This document shows, one piece after another, positions 38,263 to 43,433 of a DNA stretch of 43,433 nt. The DNA lies in the NCBI GenBank assembly GCA_011051615.1, contig DRKU01000092.1:1-43433 (forward strand), given 5' to 3'. The notes beneath the pieces were generated by a model, which ran no database searches, was not told the DNA's origin, and was given only the letters and a program-made list of their open reading frames with translations. Source of the stretch: Gammaproteobacteria bacterium. Its GTDB lineage: Bacteria > Pseudomonadota > Gammaproteobacteria > CAMYNG01. Position 1 is the first letter of the stretch. The number at the start of each line of letters is the position of its first letter. A program made the translations under genes and the position numbers.

Positions 38263-39582
38263 TCAGTCGTAGAGGTCGGCGCGCAGGCGGTCTTCATCCA
38301 CGCGGCATCCCAGGTAGTCACGGATGATATAGAGGTCCTTTTCGCCGTTTTGCAGGCAACTGGTGGCACCGGGTGAGGGCGTCATGTTGAAGACAATGCC
38401 GACACCGGTGTCGATCTTGGCCTCACCCAGATGCAGGCGGTGGTGGATCTTGTCGATCATCACCGGTCGGATGCCGCCGGTGCGACGTGCGAAACGCAGG
38501 TCACGTAGTTGCAGCGTGGGCACGATCTTGCGCGCATCGCGCAGGAACAGCCGGCGGCGGATGCCGGGGATCTCAAAGAGGAAATTCTTCAATATATAGT
38601 TTCGGATCTCCGGTACACGCATGAGGTCCATGAGCACGCGCAGTACGTCGCGATCGAGGCGCAGCACGCGCAGAAAGTCGAATACCGTGCGGTAGTGGTA
38701 GCGCTCCAGCATGGGCAGGGCCAGCGCGGTGGGACCAAAGCGGGTCTTGCCCTCAGCGAGCAGGTCGGGGTCGCCGTGGATGGCGGCAAACGGCAGCTTG
38801 TCGTTCTGCACCGTGTAGACCTTGCCGTTGAGGATCGCCGGCGTGTAGTAGAAGCTGCCCGCGATGGGCAGGCAGGAATACTGCAGACCGTGGCCCATCT
38901 GCTGGGCGAACAGCAGGGAATGCCCGCCGGCGCAGACGACCACGAAGCGTGCGTGGATCAGGCCGTTGCGGGTGTGGATGTCGAAACCCTCACTCTGCGG
39001 ATCGATACGCTGCACCTTCGTGCCGGTGCGCACCTCGATATGCTTGTCGTGGTTCGCGTGGGCCTTCTCCACGAAAGACTGCGAGAGCATCTGGAAGTTG
39101 ACTGCCGAGTAGTTATCCAGCACGCCCAGTGCGGCAACCGGTTCCTGGCGACCCGCCATGACGCGGGGTTCGATATTCGCGATATCTGATTCGCGCAGCA
39201 GGCGCACGTCGGGAAAGTGCGGTGCGAATTCCTCGAAACGTTGTTCAAGAAATCCGATTTCCTGTTTGCCAACGCCGATGACCATCTTGGGATAACGGAA
39301 GATGATTTCGTCGCGGTTGTGCAGGGTTTCGGTATAGCGTTCCACCATGCGTGCACCGCGTTTGACGGCGATGGCCTTGTCCAGCGTGTAGTTGGTCTCG
39401 ATATCGCCGGCATGGAGGGTCTGGCTGTTGTTACGCCCGTGGGAGTTTACCGAGGCCAGTTCGGGATACTTTTCCAGCAGGCAGAGATCGCGAAGGTCGG
39501 AATAGCGGGAGAGAAGGTAGAGCAGCGCACAGCCGGAGATGCCGCCGCCGATGATGACTACGTCGTAGTTTTCACTTTCCAT
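38263..39582 (-). CDS. mqo: FAD-dependent malate:quinone oxidoreductase, Helicobacter/Campylobacter type (~440 aa)
   Basis: YDVVIIGGGISGCALLYLL (FAD fold), NSQTLHAGDIETNYTLDKA, LPFAAIHGDPDLLAEGKTRFGPTAL and FNMTPSPGATSCLQN closely resemble H. pylori Mqo as I recall it. Not searched. Confidence 0.75.
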   Translation of the reverse strand: MESENYDVVIIGGGISGCALLYLLSRYSDLRDLCLLEKYPELASVNSHGRNNSQTLHAGDIETNYTLDKAIAVKRGARMVERYTETLHNRDEIIFRYPKMVIGVGKQEIGFLEQRFEEFAPHFPDVRLLRESDIANIEPRVMAGRQEPVAALGVLDNYSAVNFQMLSQSFVEKAHANHDKHIEVRTGTKVQRIDPQSEGFDIHTRNGLIHARFVVVCAGGHSLLFAQQMGHGLQYSCLPIAGSFYYTPAILNGKVYTVQNDKLPFAAIHGDPDLLAEGKTRFGPTALALPMLERYHYRTVFDFLRVLRLDRDVLRVLMDLMRVPEIRNYILKNFLFEIPGIRRRLFLRDARKIVPTLQLRDLRFARRTGGIRPVMIDKIHHRLHLGEAKIDTGVGIVFNMTPSPGATSCLQNGEKDLYIIRDYLGCRVDEDRLRADLYD

Positions 39583-39630
39583 GCGCGTGAAGCTTCCCCT
39601 GGTAACACGACATTCTGGATGGCGGAGGGA

Positions 39631-40500
39631 TCAGGCTGCCGGTGAGAGAAACAGATCCCGCATTTCATCGAACAGGCTTTGCGTATCATGTACTACTTCG
39701 GCGGTGATGTCTGTGTCCAGGCCCGCCATCTGCCAGGCGGCCGAGACGATGGGCGGTGCATCAGTCTCGTCGATATCGGTGCTGTCCAGCTCGGCGAGGA
39801 CGGCAATGGAATTGGCAATGTGTACCACCGCGCATTCGGCCTGCAGGGCCTCGGCAGCCTCGGGGTTGTGGTGGTAGCGGATGGTGTTGGTGAACAGCTC
39901 GGGCAGGTGCCAGTGGGCCACCAGTTCGGCGCCCAGCTCGGCATGGTCGAAGCCGAGCACTTCGTGTTCGTAATTGCTGACGGCCGTTTCATTTACATCC
40001 TCCATGGCACGCGTGAGGATGGCGCGGGATGCATCGGGCAGTTGACTGAAGATCACCAGTTGGCCGATGTCGTGTAACAGCCCGGCAATGAAAAGTGAGT
40101 CGGCGGCGGCCTTCCTGCCGCCTTTCTCGGCAAGGATCTTCGCCGCGCAACCGCAACGGATGCTGTGTGACCAGAAGTCCTCCATCGTAACCAGTTCATT
40201 GGGGATGCCGTCGAAGGCCTCGATGGTGGAGGTGGCCAGGACCAGGTCACGCAGTTTCTTCGTGCCGATGGTGGTCAGGGCGCGGCCGACGGTATCCACC
40301 TTGCCGCGAAAGCCGTACATGGCACTGTTGGCCATGCGCAGCACGCGTGCGGTGAGCCCCGGGTCCTGGCTGATGACATCGCCGATCTGCTCCATGCTGG
40401 TGGCAGGTGACTCCACCAGCTCATTGACGCGGTAGAAGACCCCGGGCAGGGAAACCAGATTATCGACCTGTTTGACGAGTTGGCTGACGGATGTGCTCAT
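39631..40500 (-). CDS. HDOD domain signalling protein
   Basis: LPGVFYRVNELVESPATSMEQIGDVISQDPGLTARVLRMANSAMYGF...VDTVGRALTTIG...AGLLHDIGQLV. ATG is at 40500. The ORF-track start at 40659 is an extension into a repeat element. Confidence 0.85.
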   Translation of the reverse strand: MSTSVSQLVKQVDNLVSLPGVFYRVNELVESPATSMEQIGDVISQDPGLTARVLRMANSAMYGFRGKVDTVGRALTTIGTKKLRDLVLATSTIEAFDGIPNELVTMEDFWSHSIRCGCAAKILAEKGGRKAAADSLFIAGLLHDIGQLVIFSQLPDASRAILTRAMEDVNETAVSNYEHEVLGFDHAELGAELVAHWHLPELFTNTIRYHHNPEAAEALQAECAVVHIANSIAVLAELDSTDIDETDAPPIVSAAWQMAGLDTDITAEVVHDTQSLFDEMRDLFLSPAA

Positions 40501-40635
40501 GATATGACTGGATGGCCTTCCTGGCTCGCGGTAAGTGAATTCACATCCATTATAGTCGGTAGCGCGTGGGGCGAACTTGAGGGAAAAATGACCGAATAGC
40601 AGTAGGGAGGCACGAGGATATTGTTTCGCACGACC

Positions 40636-40700
40636 CTCCTCATGCGTGAACTTTTGCACCGTGATCTTCCCCGATCAGGGTGTCGGCGGCAGGGACGCCT
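40636..40700. repeat. REP-like element, family B, partial copy (one arm plus core); degenerate related sequence continues to about 40835
   Basis: ctcatgcgtgaacttttgcaccgtgatcttccccgatcagggtgtcggcggcagggacgcc closely matches the reverse complement of 43027-43080 and the left flank 42955-42997. Confidence 0.65.
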
Positions 40701-40888
40701 CGCTTCTGCGCCTTCACCGTGGTCGATCCTTCCGGGCTCCAGCTCTGCGCGAGTCGCCCTTCAGGGCCGACGCACGGCGCCAGCAGGATCGTGCGTGAGG
40801 CGGTTAACAACGGTCCCCCGGGATCAGGGGCGAGGCGCCAGTGGCGAGTGACAAGGCTCGAGGATACTGATCTCCGCCAGTTCCTGAT

Positions 40889-41602
40889 TCAGATCGGAAC
40901 CTCGATGAACAGCAGGGCGCTGTCGTCGAGCATGTCCACATGGACGTTGTCGGTATTCCACGCGCCCATGGCATCGCGTCGCGCCAGTGTCTCGCCCGCG
41001 AGGGTCACACGCCCGTCGATGACGAACACATAGACACCGTTGCCGTCACCATGCAGGGCATAGTCCAGCGACTGGCCGGCATCGAAATCGCCGCGACTGA
41101 ACCAGGTGTCCTGATTGACCCACAGCGCACCATCCTGACCGCCTGGCGCGACCAGTGTCTGCAGGCGGTTGTGGCGCTCTTCGACGGCAAAGGCCTGCTG
41201 GTCGTAGCGTGGCGTGACATCACGCTCCTTCGGTAAGACCCAGATCTGCAACAGGTTCACCGGCTCCGTGTCCGAGGCATTGAACTCCGAGTGGCGCAGC
41301 CCCGAGCCCGCCGACATGACCTGCACCTCGCCGGCGTGCAGCACCTGCTCGTGGCCCATGCTGTCGCGGTGGCGCAGCGCGCCGGCCAGCGGCACGGTGA
41401 CGATCTCCATGTTGTCGTGAGCGTGGGTGTCGAAGCCTCCAGCGGGGGCGATGATGTCGTCGTTGAGCACGCGCAGTCGGCCGAAGTGCATGCGCGTTGG
41501 TTCGTACCAGTCGGCGAAGCTGAAGGAGTAGCGCGCCTGGAGCCAGCCGTGATCCGCCCGGCCACGGGCATCGGCGCGGTGGATCACGGTGTCCATGTTC
41601 AT
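40889..41602 (-). CDS. Pirin family protein (YhhW-like)
   Basis: RADARGRADHGWLQARYSFSFADWYEP..FGRLRVLNDD...FDTHAHDNMEIVTVPL...VQVMSAGSGLRHSEFN. Start is ATG 41602 (ATGA overlap with the CDGSH stop) or ATG 41596 (AGGAGG 7 nt upstream). The ORF-track start at 42043 is an extension. Confidence 0.9.
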   Translation of the reverse strand: MNMDTVIHRADARGRADHGWLQARYSFSFADWYEPTRMHFGRLRVLNDDIIAPAGGFDTHAHDNMEIVTVPLAGALRHRDSMGHEQVLHAGEVQVMSAGSGLRHSEFNASDTEPVNLLQIWVLPKERDVTPRYDQQAFAVEERHNRLQTLVAPGGQDGALWVNQDTWFSRGDFDAGQSLDYALHGDGNGVYVFVIDGRVTLAGETLARRDAMGAWNTDNVHVDMLDDSALLFIEVPI

Positions 41603-41823
41603 GCCTCCTTCTCGTGGGAACCGTCGCAGAACGGCAGCCTGGCGGAGCGCAGGCAGCCGCACAGGGCCACTTCCTGTTTTTCCTTTATCTCCAGCGCGAA
41701 GGGTTCCTTGCCGGTGCCCTCGTGGGAGCCGTCGCAGAACGGCGCGTTCTGCGACTTGCCACACTGGCAGATGTAATGGGTGCCGGCATCGAGGGTGAGG
41801 ATCCAGGGTTCGTTGCGTGTCAT
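41599..41823 (-). CDS. CDGSH iron-sulfur domain protein (two CDGSH motifs)
   Basis: CQCGKSQNAPFCDGSH and CGCLRSARLPFCDGSH, each matching the C-x-C-x2-S-x3-P-x-CDGSH [2Fe-2S] signature. 74 aa. Confidence 0.85.
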   Translation of the reverse strand: MTRNEPWILTLDAGTHYICQCGKSQNAPFCDGSHEGTGKEPFALEIKEKQEVALCGCLRSARLPFCDGSHEKEA

Positions 41824-41873
41824 GGTCGTACTCCTTTCTTCGGGTTATACGGGATCGGTATTTAAATGGCGCA

Positions 41874-42296
41874 TCAGTGGCCGATGGCCGGTGTGGCGTC
41901 GCGTCCCGGCAGGGGCAGGACGAAACGCCCGCTACCGAGCAGGGCCTGCACCACGGTAGCCAGCAGCAGGAAGGCCGGGTACTCCCAGCCACCGTTCTCG
42001 GCGGAAAACAGCCAGCCGTTGCCGAGGTGTACCCACAGGGCACCGAGTAGTACCGGGATCAGCACCAGTGCCACCTGGCGGGTGAAGATCCCGGCGATGA
42101 GCAGCGTGCCACCGCCGATCTCCAGGGCGACCACGACATAGGCAGTCCAGCCGGGAAAACCCACCGACTCGAAGAAACCGGCGGTGCCGGGCAGGGTGAA
42201 GACCAGCACCTTGAGCAGGCCGTGGGCGAGAAACATACCGCCCAGCGCCAGGCGCAGGATCAGTGTAGCCAGATCGACATGTTTTGCTGAGTTCAT
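41874..42296 (-). CDS. DoxX family membrane protein
   Basis: SD AAGGAGA lies before ATG 42296. LATLILRLALGGMFLAHGLLK and four hydrophobic helices. Confidence 0.85.
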   Translation of the reverse strand: MNSAKHVDLATLILRLALGGMFLAHGLLKVLVFTLPGTAGFFESVGFPGWTAYVVVALEIGGGTLLIAGIFTRQVALVLIPVLLGALWVHLGNGWLFSAENGGWEYPAFLLLATVVQALLGSGRFVLPLPGRDATPAIGH

Positions 42297-42330
42297 GGTT
42301 TGTCTCCTTGTCATCGGTAGTCGTGTTAAC

Positions 42331-42349
42331 AGTTCTAGTTAGAACTAAT
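42331..42349. promoter_or_regulatory. Candidate MarR operator upstream of doxX (AGTTCTA-gt-TAGAACT palindrome)
   Basis: AGTTCTAGTTAGAACTAAT lies in the 97-nt marR-doxX spacer. 18 of 19 nt are identical to 42893-42911 upstream of marR. Confidence 0.5.
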
Positions 42350-42393
42350 TGGGCAAAAGTCAGCACTCACTGACCAGCATCGGGTTGTCCGCC

Positions 42394-42846
42394 TTATTGA
42401 AAGACGGCGGCGATCTTCTCCAGCAGGCGCGTGGCCTCGCGGCGCTCGGCCGGGTCGAGGTGCTCGAAGCGGGCCTGCAGGGCGCCGATGTGGCGCGGGA
42501 AGGCCCGCTCGAACAGGGCCACGCCGCGGGGCGTGAGCACCACACGCGTACAGCGGCGATCCGCGTGCTGCTCCACCCGTCGCACCAGCCCTTTCTCGGC
42601 CAGGCGATCCACCACGCCGGTGAGGGTGCCCTTGGTGATCAGGGTGTGCTCACCGATCTCGCCGAAGGTCAGGCCGTCGGTGTTGCCGAGGGTGAAGACC
42701 ACGTCGGCCTGGGAAGGCGTCAGGTCGTACTCGCGCAACTGCCGCGCATCGAAGCCGGTAAAGGCCTGCCAGGCGGCCACCAGTGCCCGCATGAGGGGCA
42801 GGCAGTCCTGCTGGCTGGCGTTGTCGAGCGTGACCGTGGTCGTCAT
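42394..42846 (-). CDS. MarR family transcriptional regulator
   Basis: LTPSQADVVFTLGNTDGLTFGEIGEHTLITKGTLTGVVDRLAEKGLVRRVEQHADRRCTRVVLTPRG is a winged HTH. SD GAGGAG lies before ATG 42846. Confidence 0.85.
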   Translation of the reverse strand: MTTTVTLDNASQQDCLPLMRALVAAWQAFTGFDARQLREYDLTPSQADVVFTLGNTDGLTFGEIGEHTLITKGTLTGVVDRLAEKGLVRRVEQHADRRCTRVVLTPRGVALFERAFPRHIGALQARFEHLDPAERREATRLLEKIAAVFQ

Positions 42847-42870
42847 GGTGCAAGGCTCCTCGGGCCTGAA

Positions 42871-42911
42871 TAGTTCTAACGCGAACAATAATAGTTTTAG
42901 TTAGAACTAAT
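42871..42911. promoter_or_regulatory. Candidate MarR autoregulatory operator(s) upstream of marR
   Basis: AGTTTTAGTTAGAACTAAT at 42893-42911. In addition, TAGTTCTAAC (42871-42880) is a perfect 10-nt inverted repeat of GTTAGAACTA (42900-42909). Confidence 0.5.
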
Positions 42912-42944
42912 GTCAAGGAAAATTCAGAGGCGAGGATCCTGTTT

Positions 42945-43082
42945 CCCCCGTTAGCCTCATGCGTGAGTCCTTGCACCATGATCTTCCCCGTTCAGGGACG
43001 CCGTAAACCCGTCCCTGGAGGCTTGACGGCGGCATCCCTGCCGCCGACACCCTGACCGGGGAAGATCATGGTGCAAGGACAC
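42945..43082. repeat. REP-like palindromic element, family B, full copy
   Basis: 31-nt arms gtccttgcaccatgatcttccccgttcaggg (42967-42997) and ccctgaccggggaagatcatggtgcaaggac (43050-43080) are inverted repeats with 1 mismatch. The core contains ggcggcatccctgccgcc. Confidence 0.75.
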
Positions 43083-43108
43083 CTAAGCCAGTGGCGGGGA
43101 GCGAGGTT

Positions 43109-43342
43109 AAAAACTCAACCGCAACGGTCGCGAAAAACGCAAAGTAAGGTAACACCCCGTCATTCCCGCGAAGGATGGGACACAGGATGAGGATTGGTGC
43201 TCTCACGTTCCCGGTGATGACCGTCACCCCGCACTTGATGCGGGGCCCAGTGAAATCCCCTCTGGATTCCGGGTTGCGGCTGCGCAGCCCCTGGAATGAC
43301 AGTGATCCTCTGTCTTCGTCTCCTTCGCGGTTGAGCTTTTTT
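43109..43342. repeat. Composite MITE/REP-like element (family C) bounded by imperfect inverted repeats
   Basis: aaaaactcaaccgc (43109-43122) versus gcggttgagctttttt (43327-43342). The interior holds gtcattcccgcgaagg / ggaatgac inverted segments. These resemble the widespread proteobacterial repeat that yields VIPA.AGIQ-type pseudo-ORFs. Confidence 0.5.
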
Positions 43343-43433
43343 CTCCCCGACCCTCGAACCTTGCTCCTCGTCCCTGCCCATGCGGATGACGTATAATAAG
43401 TGGTTCCAGCGGCCCATGAAGTCAGGGCCGCGC

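Noticed and set aside
41603-42043. Upstream extension of the pirin ORF overlapping the CDGSH and DoxX genes
   Set aside because: Pirin homology begins at MNMDTV/MDTV. The extension overlaps two genes that have clear family motifs in other frames.
43160-43417. 85-aa minus-strand ORF at the right edge
   Set aside because: It lies within the composite repeat. Its peptide resembles known repeat-derived pseudo-ORFs (VIPA.AGIQ type). No SD.

Overview
GC-rich proteobacterial (probably gammaproteobacterial) chromosomal segment with about 42 protein genes. By eye I found no rRNA, tRNA, CRISPR array, integrase, transposase or phage gene. All domain calls come from motifs read in the translated ORFs; no database search was run. 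Several ORF-track entries carry spurious N-terminal extensions, so I re-set those starts from Shine-Dalgarno (SD) context. One real gene, the SulP permease at the left edge, is missing from the track because it has no stop codon inside the window.

Gene content, left to right:
- 1-7.5 kb: SulP/STAS permease (partial), a 14-repeat beta-propeller lipoprotein, a hybrid histidine kinase with a LuxR-type response regulator, and DUF3175.
- 7.8-13.4 kb: MAPEG with a LysR regulator, NnrS-ArfB, and a second-type EF-G.
- 13.7-17.3 kb: a B12-type radical SAM gene tail-to-tail with a patatin phospholipase, then a LysR regulator.
- 17.3-21.6 kb: two orphan secreted proteins and an OmpR/kinase/spondin_N operon.
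- 21.7-23.8 kb: CspA, a stand-alone FHA protein and an alpha/beta hydrolase.
- 23.8-26.4 kb: a ligand-less SodC-like protein facing a DUF411(CopG-like)-unknown-TlpA operon.
- 26.3-31.8 kb: a lipoprotein, PpiC, a GIDE-like membrane protein with an EF-hand, and an 857-aa membrane Ser/Thr kinase.
- 32.2-37.0 kb: DUF1223, an enlarged YiiX-like hydrolase, and a soluble Ser/Thr kinase followed by a c-heme DUF3365-HAMP stub.
- 37.3-42.8 kb: an HDOD-Mqo-leaderless cupredoxin operon and a MarR-DoxX-CDGSH-pirin operon.

Three families of palindromic REP/MITE-like repeats are present. I see no recognisable defence or mobile system.

The most unusual candidates are:
- the Ser/Thr kinase plus heme-sensor HAMP stub pair (34.5-37.0 kb);
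- the overlapping radical SAM / patatin pair;
- the degenerate SodC next to a copper/thiol periplasmic operon;
- the leaderless multicopper-oxidase-like protein;
- the GIDE/EF-hand protein.

All five are hypotheses that need homology and synteny searches.
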